The position numbers and the translations under genes were made by a program. The notes below the pieces were generated by a model. That model saw only the letters and a program-made list of their open reading frames with translations. It did no database searches and was not told where the DNA came from. Below, one piece after another: positions 18,558-26,997 of a DNA stretch of 64,000 nucleotides. The stretch is from Candidatus Latescibacterota bacterium. Its GTDB lineage: Bacteria > Latescibacterota > UBA2968 > UBA8231. Each line of letters starts with the position of its first letter. Within the stretch, counting starts at the first letter, position 1. The stretch lies in NCBI GenBank assembly GCA_965243025.1, contig CBDETY010000003.1:1472001-1536000 (forward strand). Direction: 5' to 3'.

Positions 18558-19958
18558 CTAGCGTTTGCGGCGCTTTCCTGCCTGCAGGCGGTCGGCGGCA
18601 TTGACCGAGCCGATGTGGAGGGTGTCGTAGGCCTGCCGAGAGCTCTCGAAAGGGCCCCGGTGGGCGGTTCCGTGCCATTCGAGGTTGGTGTACATCGGAT
18701 TGGTGCGCCCGGTTTCGCGCTCCCTCCTGGCGACCCAGCCCTCCAGCCTGCCGCGCAGGGTGGCGACGATCTCCGGTTCCCTGTCGGCGAGGTTGTCGAG
18801 CTCCAGGGGGTCGCGCACGAGGTTGTAGAGCTCGAGCTCCGGTTTGAAGTGGAAGTCGGGCTCGAGCGCCTGGATCAGCTTCCACTCAGGGGTGCGCCAG
18901 CCGTGCTTGCGCATCCAGGTGCACTCGGTGATGTAGAAATCCGAGTAGTTCGACGCCTTTTCCCCGGCTATCAGCGGCAGCAGCGAGGTGCCGTCGAACC
19001 GCATCCCCCGCGCCGGGACCCCCAGCAGCTTCAGGATCGTCGGCACGAGGTCCTGGTGCAGGGAGAATCCGGGAACCCTGCGGCCGGCCGGCAGGCGTCC
19101 GGGAAGCCGCATGATCAGCGGCACGTGCAGGGTGTTTTCGTACAGGCCGTGGTGATCGAACCAGCACTCGTGTTCGTAGAGGGTCTCGCCGTGATCGCCG
19201 TTGAGGATCACCAGTGTGTCCTCCCGCAGTCCCAGCTCGTCGAGCCGCGTCAGGAGGCGCTGGATGCAGGCGTCCATGTAGGCGAGGGCCCCGTCGTACT
19301 GGGCGACGGCGTATTCGGCGTCGGTCAGCCCGGGGGGCATCCACTCGGCGAAGAAGTCGCGAAACGGCTTGAAGGCCCATACCGGCTCCATGGACCTGTT
19401 GCCGGGGTCGAGCTCGTCGCCGCTGTAGAACAGGCGCTCGAAGGGGGCGGGAGGCAGGTAGGGAGCGTGCGGGTCCATGTGCCGCAGGAAGAGAAAGAAC
19501 GGCTTCCCGTCGGCGGCCAGACGCTCGAGCTCCGGGACCGCCACCTCGTTGAGGTTTTCCGCCTTGGGGCTGCGCCCCTCGGCCCAACTGCCCCATCCCG
19601 CGTACTCGAGGCAGCTGTCGAAGCCGGGCATGCCGACATTGCCGCCGCAGCCGACGCCGGTGGTGTTGTACCCGTTTTCGGCGAGTATCCGGGGAAGGGT
19701 GAGGACGTCGGACGGCACCTCGTTCCTGTGGCGCAGGGCGACCACCGTGGTCGAGAAGCAGTCGCGTCCGCTGAGCATCGACATGTAGGCCGAGGTGGTG
19801 GGGATATGGGGGGCGTAGTTGCGCTCGAAGAGAACGCCCTGCGAGGCGAGCCGGTCGATGTGAGGGCTCGTCAGACGCTCGTACCCGTAGCAGCTCATGT
19901 GGTCGGCGCGCAGGCTGTCGACGCCGAAGAAAAGCAGGTTGAGCTTTTTTCTGGCCAT
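18558..19958 (-). CDS. Sulfatase-like (alkaline phosphatase superfamily) hydrolase/transferase lacking CxPxR
   Basis: DSLRADH, SPHIDRLA..G..F, DPHAPY, YDG...YMD, GDHGE, HHGLYE..LHVPL. The nucleophile motif reads TTSAY. Confidence 0.85.
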   Translation of the reverse strand: MARKKLNLLFFGVDSLRADHMSCYGYERLTSPHIDRLASQGVLFERNYAPHIPTTSAYMSMLSGRDCFSTTVVALRHRNEVPSDVLTLPRILAENGYNTTGVGCGGNVGMPGFDSCLEYAGWGSWAEGRSPKAENLNEVAVPELERLAADGKPFFLFLRHMDPHAPYLPPAPFERLFYSGDELDPGNRSMEPVWAFKPFRDFFAEWMPPGLTDAEYAVAQYDGALAYMDACIQRLLTRLDELGLREDTLVILNGDHGETLYEHECWFDHHGLYENTLHVPLIMRLPGRLPAGRRVPGFSLHQDLVPTILKLLGVPARGMRFDGTSLLPLIAGEKASNYSDFYITECTWMRKHGWRTPEWKLIQALEPDFHFKPELELYNLVRDPLELDNLADREPEIVATLRGRLEGWVARRERETGRTNPMYTNLEWHGTAHRGPFESSRQAYDTLHIGSVNAADRLQAGKRRKR

Positions 19959-19998
19959 CGTGGGTATCTTCGTGAATGTGTGTGAGAACAAGGGGATT

Positions 19999-20982
19999 GT
20001 GAGCGGAGCCAAGCCTAGGGCCGGCGCAGAGGGCGGTCAAGAAAACGCCGCCCCCGAGGTTCCCTCCCCGAAGCCGGTCGCGGCGCTGCTCCCGATGGCG
20101 CTCCTCGTGGTCTTCTGCGGAGGCTGCACGGGTGAAGAGGAACCAGCTGAAGGGGGAGAGTCCGGGGGCGTTGTCGCCGCGGGAGCGGGAAGCCACGAGG
20201 CCGCCGACAGCGATGGGGAGAAGGGGAAGAAGCCCGGCCCCACCGCAGCGGAATTCCGCCGCCTGTTTCTCAGTTCTTCCTCCTCCGACTCGGTGCGCCA
20301 GCTTCTGGCGCGGCACCTTTTTTCCCGGGATCCGGATTTCCTCGCCCGTGAGTACGGCAATCCTGCCAACAGCGCACCCATCAGGGCGGCGATAAACCGC
20401 GCCGTCGCTACCGGCGACACCGGCGTCATACCGCTGCTTGTCCTACTGTTCCGGCAGCGCGGCGGCGAGGAGCGTATCGACCTGGAGGTGGCCCTTCTCC
20501 GCTTCGGCCGCCGGGCCGAAAAGCCGCTCGCCGCCCTCCTCGGGGACGCCGACCCGTCCGTGGTTCTGCGCGCCCTCGACGCCCTCGGCAAGCTCGAGGC
20601 GAGCGGGGAGATCGGAGCGGTCGCCGAACAGCTGCGCCACCGGGATTCCTGGGTCCGCATCGGAGCGGCGCACGCCCTCGGGGAGATAGGCGACACCACC
20701 GCGGTCGCTTTCCTGCTCGAGGCTCTCGACGACACCAGCTACTCCGTGGTCAACGCCGCCATGGTCGGCCTCGGCAGGCTGCGGGCCTCGAGGGCCTACG
20801 ACAGGCTGATCGAGTTCACCGGAAGCGACAACCCGCACGTCCGCAAGCACGCGGCCATGGCCCTCGGCGAGCTGGGTGACCCGGCGGCGAGGCCGGTCCT
20901 GCGCAAGCTGGCGGTATGGGACGGGGACTCCGGAGTGCGCTTCATGGCCAGCCGGGCGATCAAGGCGCTGGAGGGGGACTAG
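19999..20982 (+). CDS. HEAT/PBS-lyase repeat lipoprotein
   Basis: Hydrophobic segment ending CGGC; repeats VVLRALDALG, VRIGAAHALG, VRKHAAMALG, VRFMASRAI. Start uncertain (GTG 19999 or ATG 20095). Confidence 0.8.
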   Translation: MSGAKPRAGAEGGQENAAPEVPSPKPVAALLPMALLVVFCGGCTGEEEPAEGGESGGVVAAGAGSHEAADSDGEKGKKPGPTAAEFRRLFLSSSSSDSVRQLLARHLFSRDPDFLAREYGNPANSAPIRAAINRAVATGDTGVIPLLVLLFRQRGGEERIDLEVALLRFGRRAEKPLAALLGDADPSVVLRALDALGKLEASGEIGAVAEQLRHRDSWVRIGAAHALGEIGDTTAVAFLLEALDDTSYSVVNAAMVGLGRLRASRAYDRLIEFTGSDNPHVRKHAAMALGELGDPAARPVLRKLAVWDGDSGVRFMASRAIKALEGD

Positions 20983-21146
20983 TGTCCCGTCGCAGAGACA
21001 TGTCGCCATCGGGATGCCGATCCATCCCGGCTCACGGCGTTGCCTTCGCTCGCCGTACACCCTCGGTACGACTCGCTCAGGCGCCTTGTGAGCCGGGCGC
21101 CTCGGCATCCCGATTTTGTCAACCTATCTCTGCGGCGGGACAGTAG
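20979..21146. mobile_element. MITE/REP-like rod-hairpin element, copy 2
   Basis: 168 bp. TIRs CTAGTGTCCCGTCGCAGAGA / TCTCTGCGGCGGGACAGTAG; nested stems ATCGGGATGCCGA/TCGGCATCCCGAT and CCCGGCTCAC/GTGAGCCGGG; apical CGTAC-N7-GTACG. The left end overlaps the TAG stop of the HEAT gene. Confidence 0.88.
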
Positions 21147-21148
21147 GA

Positions 21149-21886
21149 GTGAACCGTACGGCCGTTGCTTGGCTATGCGCCGCAGTTCTTGCCGCGGCGG
21201 CCTGCGACATGGACAGAGGAAGGCTGGTCGAATCGGTGGAGGAGGTGCTTGCCCGCTCCGGGGAGGCCGCCGGTGCGAGCCGCCCCGTGATCGGACCGGC
21301 GGATCCTCCCTACTCGGACCGCGTGATCTTCCCGAGCGGCTTGAGACTCGAAGGTCTTGGGGGCGAACCTTCCCTGACGGAGTCGTACCCCGACGAGGAG
21401 GGGGACCTCTTCCCGTTCGGCAGCGAGCGCAGGGTCCACTACCGGCCGGTCGGGTTCTTCATCGATGTCGAGTCGCTGTCCGAAGCGCTGAGGCAGCAAC
21501 GGGTGAGCGAAAATTTCAAGCTGGCGGAGTACGTCCGGATTCCGGAGCGCAACGGGGATCTCAGCATCTACATCGATCCGGAGATCGCCTTCTACGCCCA
21601 GGAGCTGCGTTACGCATGGGGAGGGCCGCTGGTGCTCTCCTCGACCTTTCGCAGTCCGGAGTACAACGAGGAGATCGGCGGCGCCCTTTTCAGCCGCCAC
21701 ATGTACGGAGACGCTGTCGACATTCGCGCCCCGTCGCAACAGGCGGCCCAGGATCTCTTCAACCTGGCGAAGTTTCTCGACGTCAGCTACCTCGAGCCGG
21801 CGTCGCTGACGATCGAGGGCAGGACACATCCCTGGATCCACATCGACACCCGCGGCTGGTCCCTGAACACCCCGGAAACGAGATGA
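21149..21886 (+). CDS. Peptidase M15A family (D-Ala-D-Ala carboxypeptidase-like) lipoprotein
   Basis: Lipobox AAAC; SENFKLAE, SSTFRSPEYN, SRHMYGDAVD (H-x6-D), WIHID. Confidence 0.85.
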   Translation: MNRTAVAWLCAAVLAAAACDMDRGRLVESVEEVLARSGEAAGASRPVIGPADPPYSDRVIFPSGLRLEGLGGEPSLTESYPDEEGDLFPFGSERRVHYRPVGFFIDVESLSEALRQQRVSENFKLAEYVRIPERNGDLSIYIDPEIAFYAQELRYAWGGPLVLSSTFRSPEYNEEIGGALFSRHMYGDAVDIRAPSQQAAQDLFNLAKFLDVSYLEPASLTIEGRTHPWIHIDTRGWSLNTPETR

Positions 21887-21887
21887 C

Positions 21888-22919
21888 ATGAGGTCGCTGT
21901 TTTTCCTGGCCGCGGCCGCCGCCGGTTTCGCCGCTCCCTCGGGCGCCTTCGACTGGATGACCCTGCGCCGCGACATGGAAATAAGCGCTCCGCGCATCGC
22001 CCTTGCCGACCTCGACGGCGACGGGGATGCCGAGCTCGTAATCGGAGGGCGGACAGGGGGCTTCTCGTCCCGGGAGCGGCAACGGTCGGCCCGCCTCGAG
22101 GTACTTGCGGGGGCGTCGCCGGCGCCTGTGGCCGCCTCGACCTTCGACGCCGTCAGGGACATGGCCGCAGCCGACTTCGACGGCGACGGGAGAGAAGAGC
22201 TGGTCGTTGCCGGCGGCCGCGGGCTTGCGGTCCTCGCGGTGCGGGACGGCAGCCTCTTCAGGGTTCCGCAAACTGGCCTGCCTGCGGTCGCGGGAGCGGC
22301 CGGAGAAAGGGTGAACCGCGTCGACTGCATGGACGTCGACGGCGACGGTGAGGTCGAGGTCGCCTGGGCCGGAAACCGGAGGGAACCCTCATGGGAGGGA
22401 GGCGCAAGCACAGTCCTGCGCGTAGCCTCCGTCTCGGCTGACGGCTTCTGGCAGTTGCTCTCCGAAACCCGGTTTTCCGCCCACGTCGGCGACCTCTGCT
22501 TCGCCGATGTCGACGGAGACGGGCAGGGCGAACTGGTCGTCGAGACCGGGGTGGAGGAGATCGGGGGCCGGCTCGATCTGTTCGCCGTAACAGGGGGCGG
22601 CTCCGAGCTTTTCTACTCCCGCCCGGCCGATGCCGAAGCGCGGCGGCTGCTGAACCTGTCCCCGGTGCGGGAGGGCTCCGGCGACCTGGTGGTCGCGGCC
22701 GCTGTCGACGGCGCAGTGACCGTTTTCACCTGGCGGGGGCGGGAACTCCACGGGGTGAACTGGCGCCTTCCCATGGACCCGGGGGCCAGGGTCACGGGGA
22801 TTGCCGCGCCCGGACCCGGGGCAGCGGCGTCTGGCCGCGGCCTGGACCTCCTCGTCGGATGCGCCGAACCGGACCGGGCAAGCGGCGCCCTGGTCGCGGT
22901 TTCGGGCCTGCACCGATGA
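21888..22919 (+). CDS. Secreted FG-GAP/VCBS repeat protein
   Basis: Signal peptide; four DxDGDG motifs (DLDGDGDAEL, DFDGDGREEL, DVDGDGEVEV, DVDGDGQGEL). Confidence 0.85.
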   Translation: MRSLFFLAAAAAGFAAPSGAFDWMTLRRDMEISAPRIALADLDGDGDAELVIGGRTGGFSSRERQRSARLEVLAGASPAPVAASTFDAVRDMAAADFDGDGREELVVAGGRGLAVLAVRDGSLFRVPQTGLPAVAGAAGERVNRVDCMDVDGDGEVEVAWAGNRREPSWEGGASTVLRVASVSADGFWQLLSETRFSAHVGDLCFADVDGDGQGELVVETGVEEIGGRLDLFAVTGGGSELFYSRPADAEARRLLNLSPVREGSGDLVVAAAVDGAVTVFTWRGRELHGVNWRLPMDPGARVTGIAAPGPGAAASGRGLDLLVGCAEPDRASGALVAVSGLHR

Positions 22920-22964
22920 TCGGCGGCGGTTCGGTCGGACAGCGGATACCGCCACCGGAAGAAA

Positions 22965-24470
22965 ATGGGCTGCATGCTGGTGCGGGCCCTGTTCCTGCGC
23001 CTCCTCGGAGTCGTGTACCTGGTCGCCTTCGTCTCGCTGTGGGTGCAGATACACGGGCTCGTCGGCAGCGGGGGGATCCTGCCGGTGGGGGACTTCCTCC
23101 AGCGCGCCGGGTCGGTGCTCGGCGACGGCGCCTGGCTGCGGGTGCCGACCTTCTGCTGGCTGAACTCCGGCGACGCCGCTCTCGGCGTCCAGTGCGGACT
23201 CGGAGTGGCTCTCGCCCTTGCCCTGCTCGCAGGGGCGGCCCCCGCTGCGGCCTCGGCAGGGTTGTGGGCTCTGTACCTGTCCCTGTTCACCGCCGGTCAG
23301 GAATTCCTGGCGTTTCAGTGGGACCTGCTGCTGCTCGAGACCGGCTTCCTCGCGATTCTCTGGTCCCCTGCGACGTGGCGGCCGGAATGGGTGTGGCCAT
23401 CCCCCTCGCGAGCGGTACTGTGGCTGCTGCGCTGGCTCCAGTTCCGGCTGATGTTTTCCTCCGGGTTCGTCAAGCTCGCCAGCGGCGACCCCGCGTGGAG
23501 GGACCTGCGCGCCCTCGACTTCCACTACGAGACGCAGCCGCTGCCGTCCTGGACGAGCTGGTACGTCCACCACCTCCCGGAGTGGTTTCACAGCGGCGAG
23601 GTGCTGGGGACGTTCGCCATCGAGCTGATCGTCCCTTTCGCGATTTTCGCCGGCCGCCGCGCCCGCCTGGGTGCCGCTTCCGCCTTCGCCCTGCTGCAGG
23701 TCGCCATCGCCGCTACCGGCAACTACGGGTACTTCAACCTCCTCGTCCTCCTTCTCTGCCTGCCGCTGCTCGACGACGGATGTTTCCGGCGTCTCGCGGC
23801 GAGGGCCGCCACGGTTCCTCAAGCCAGGCAACCGGAGCCCGGGCCCGGAGGTCGCTTGGGCCGCCTCTCCTGGAAGCACCCCGTAACCCCTCTGATCCTG
23901 CTTGTGCTGCTTCTGAGCAGCATGCGGCTTGCGGCAACGATCGGGATGCCGGTCTCCCGGCCATCCCTGCTCGCGGAGACGCGGAGAGCGCTCGAGCCGT
24001 TCCGTCTCAGCAGCAGCTACGGGCTGTTCGCGGTCATGACTGCCGAGCGGCCGGAGATCGTCGTCGAGGGCAGCATGGACGGGGAGAATTGGCAGACGTA
24101 CGAATTCAAGTGGAAACCGGGAGACGAAAACAGCGCTCCTGGCTTTGTCGCCCCCCACATGCCGAGGCTCGACTGGCAGATGTGGTTCGCAGCCCTCCGC
24201 TCCTACCGGGGCGCTCCATGGTTCGAACGGCTGCTGGCCCGGTTGCTTCAGGGTTCCCCCGAAGTGGCCGGGCTGATGGCGAGCTGTCCGTTTCCTCGCC
24301 CGAGGTACGTGCGGGCGTTGCTGTACGACTACCGATTCACCAGCCGTCAGGAGCGTGCCGAGAGCGGAAACTGGTGGCGCCGCAGGCTGCTCGGGGCCTA
24401 CAGCCCGACGCTGTTCATGAGGCAACCGCAGACCGGATCCTCGATTGTCGAAAACCAGTCACGACCTTAA
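22965..24470 (+). CDS. Lipase maturation factor (LMF1) family membrane protein
   Basis: LFLRLLG..YL.AF.S, FQWD.LLLETGFL, WL.FRLMF.SG.VK, HYETQPLP, TGNYG.FN, YGLFA.MT, FKWKPG, PHMPRLDWQMWF. Confidence 0.95.
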   Translation: MGCMLVRALFLRLLGVVYLVAFVSLWVQIHGLVGSGGILPVGDFLQRAGSVLGDGAWLRVPTFCWLNSGDAALGVQCGLGVALALALLAGAAPAAASAGLWALYLSLFTAGQEFLAFQWDLLLLETGFLAILWSPATWRPEWVWPSPSRAVLWLLRWLQFRLMFSSGFVKLASGDPAWRDLRALDFHYETQPLPSWTSWYVHHLPEWFHSGEVLGTFAIELIVPFAIFAGRRARLGAASAFALLQVAIAATGNYGYFNLLVLLLCLPLLDDGCFRRLAARAATVPQARQPEPGPGGRLGRLSWKHPVTPLILLVLLLSSMRLAATIGMPVSRPSLLAETRRALEPFRLSSSYGLFAVMTAERPEIVVEGSMDGENWQTYEFKWKPGDENSAPGFVAPHMPRLDWQMWFAALRSYRGAPWFERLLARLLQGSPEVAGLMASCPFPRPRYVRALLYDYRFTSRQERAESGNWWRRRLLGAYSPTLFMRQPQTGSSIVENQSRP

Positions 24471-24575
24471 GTTTGCGGTTTCACTGGGACTTGAAGGGGG
24501 CGGAAGCGGGGAAATGAACCGGCTCGGACCTGAAGGGTTCAGCGCTGGCGAAGTCGTTCGGAGGATCGGTTTGGT

Positions 24576-25522
24576 ATGAAAGCGGTGCGTTTCCAGCAGA
24601 CAGGCGGTGCCGAGGTTCTGCAGTACGCAGATGTCCCCGACCCCGCTCCCGGACAGGGGGAGGCCCTCGTCGAGATCGAAGCGGCGGGGCTGAACTACAT
24701 CGACACCTATCACCGGGAAGGTCTTTACCCCGTCGACCTGCCCTGCATCCCCGGAATGGAAGGCGCCGGCGTGGTGCGGGAAGTGGGTGACGGAGTGGAA
24801 AGCGTCTCGCCCGGGGACCGCGTCGCCTATGCCGGGGTCATGGGCTCGTACGCGGAACTCGCCTGCGTCGAGGCGGAACAACTGGTGCCCCTCCCGGACG
24901 GAGTGGAGGTCGAAACCGGGGCCGCGGCCCTGCTTCAGGGCATGACCGCTCACTACCTCGCCCACGGCACCTACCCCCTGTCCGCAGGGAAGGTCGCTGT
25001 CGTTCACGCCGCCGCCGGGGGCGTCGGCCTGCTGCTGGTACAGATGGCCAGGCGCGCAGGGGCCCGCGTCATCGGCACGGTGTCGACGCCTGAGAAGGAG
25101 CTGCTCGCCCGCGAGGCTGGCGCCGACGACGTCATCCGCTATTCGGAGGTGGAGTACGGAGCAGCGGTGCGCGAGCTGACCGGGGGCGAAGGGGTCGACG
25201 TCATCTACGATTCGGTCGGCAGGACGACCTTCCTCAAGGGACTCGAGCTGCTGCGTCCCCGCGGCTACATGGTCCTTTTCGGGCAGTCGAGCGGTCCGGT
25301 GGAGCCGTTCAACCCGCAGCTTCTCAGCGCCAACGGCAGCCTGTTCGTGACGCGCCCGACCATGACCCACTACCTCCTTACCCGCGACGAGCTCCTGCAG
25401 CGGGCCGGGGATGTCCTGCGGCGGAGGCCCACCGCGCTCGTTATCCGCTCGCCGAGGCGGCGGAGGCCCACCGCGCTCTTCAGGGCAGGCTCACCACGGG
25501 GAAGGTACTCCTTCTCACCTGA
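24576..25522 (+). pseudogene. qor: NADPH:quinone oxidoreductase (zeta-crystallin/Qor), frameshifted near the 3' end
   Basis: GLNYID, GMEGAG, LQGMTAHYL, HAAAGGVG, YDSVG. The true C-terminus YPLAEAAEAHRALQGRLTTGKVLLLT* (TGA 25520-22) lies in another frame after a 22-bp duplication. Confidence 0.8.
25418..25478 (+). repeat. 22-bp direct repeat
   Basis: GCGGCGGAGGCCCACCGCGCTC at 25418-25439 and 25457-25478. Confidence 0.95.
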
Positions 25523-25571
25523 ATCCTGCGGCCTTCCCGCGGCGGACCCGGCAGGAGGAAGCAGCGTCCCG

Positions 25572-26981
25572 ATGAATCAGCGGCCAACAGAAGAACCGGC
25601 AGCCGAAAACAAGGTCCCGGCGGCTCCTCACCCGGCGGGTGAACCCGGAGAGAGTGCACCGGTGGTTCCCGAAGAGGGTGCGGCGGACCCGCCCGCAGTA
25701 CAGTCCTTGCCTGCCGGGGAGGTTTCGCCTCCCGAAGGTGAGGTGCCCCCTTCTGAAAGTTCGAATCGGGGCACCGGCGAGAGCGGCCCTGTGGAAGGGG
25801 ATGGCGGCGAGAATTTTGCGGCCATGCTCGATGCCACTCCCGGCGTCGGCAGCACCCAGGAACTGGTTCTCGGTGAGAAGATCAGCGGAGTGCTTTCACA
25901 GGTGAAAGGGGAGAACGCTTTCGTCGATTTCGGAGGCCGCAGCGAAGGGGTCATCAAGACGGGAGAGCTGATGAACGAGGACGGAGAGATGATCTTCGGC
26001 GCCGGCGATCCCCTCGAGGCCTACGTCGTCAGCACCGACGAGGAGATCATCCTTTCCCGTTTCCTGAGCAAGGATCAGCGGCAGGCGGACATGCTCTACC
26101 GCGCCTTCAAGTCGGGCATGCCCGTGGAGGGAAAGGTGACGGCGGTGAACAAATGGGGCCTCGGTGTGGAAATTGAGGGAACGCGGGCGTTCTGCCCGAA
26201 ATCCCAGATCGACACCCGGCCGGTGAAGTCCGTCGAGGAATACCGCGGACAGACGCTGCAGTTCCGGATCCTGCGCTACCGCGACCACGGACGCAATATC
26301 GTCCTGTCGCGCCGCGCCCTGCTGCAGGCCGAGGTCGACAAGGCGGCAAGTGAGGTCCGGGAAGGGATCGTGAAGGGAGCCCGCCTGCAGGGGAGAGTGA
26401 CCCGTCTGGAGTCGTTCGGGGCGTTCGTCGATCTCGGTTCCGATGTCGAAGGCCTGGTTCACGTCTCGGAAATGCGGCACGAGCGCGTCGAGCACCCCCG
26501 GGAGGTCGTCGAGGAAGGTGCCGAGATCACCGTCTCCGTCCTCAGGACGAAGAACCTGGGAGACCCCAAGAAGGAGCGGATTTCGCTGTCGATCAAAGCG
26601 CTCGAGGAGGATCCCTGGGACCGGGTGCGGAAGCAGTTCCGGCAGGGCAGCGTCGTGCAGGGTACCGTGGACGCTATCGAGGATTACGGAGCCTTTGTCG
26701 AACTCGCGCCGAACGTTCGCGGCATGGTCCACGTTTCCGAGCTCGCCGAGCGCCGGGTCAACCACCCCCGTGACGTCGTCTCCATAGGGGACCAGGTCAA
26801 GGTCGCCGTGCTCGAGGTCGATTCCCGCCGCCGCCGGCTGCGGCTCTCCATGAAGCGGGCGGAGAAAATGGAGGCGGACAGCAATCTCGAGGAGTTCCGC
26901 AAGCGCCAGGCCGAGGAAGTCGACGACCAGGCGGCCGGCAACGCCCTGGCAGACGCCCTGAAGCGGGCCGGCCTCGGCTGA
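25572..26981 (+). CDS. Ribosomal protein S1-like protein (4 S1 domains, acidic Pro/Glu-rich N-terminus)
   Basis: SD AGGAGG at 25553-58; FVDFGGRSEG, AFCPKSQID, FGAFVDLG.DVEGLVHVSE, YGAFVEL...VRGMVHVSE. Confidence 0.9.
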   Translation: MNQRPTEEPAAENKVPAAPHPAGEPGESAPVVPEEGAADPPAVQSLPAGEVSPPEGEVPPSESSNRGTGESGPVEGDGGENFAAMLDATPGVGSTQELVLGEKISGVLSQVKGENAFVDFGGRSEGVIKTGELMNEDGEMIFGAGDPLEAYVVSTDEEIILSRFLSKDQRQADMLYRAFKSGMPVEGKVTAVNKWGLGVEIEGTRAFCPKSQIDTRPVKSVEEYRGQTLQFRILRYRDHGRNIVLSRRALLQAEVDKAASEVREGIVKGARLQGRVTRLESFGAFVDLGSDVEGLVHVSEMRHERVEHPREVVEEGAEITVSVLRTKNLGDPKKERISLSIKALEEDPWDRVRKQFRQGSVVQGTVDAIEDYGAFVELAPNVRGMVHVSELAERRVNHPRDVVSIGDQVKVAVLEVDSRRRRLRLSMKRAEKMEADSNLEEFRKRQAEEVDDQAAGNALADALKRAGLG

Positions 26982-26997
26982 GGTCGATTCCTCTCCA

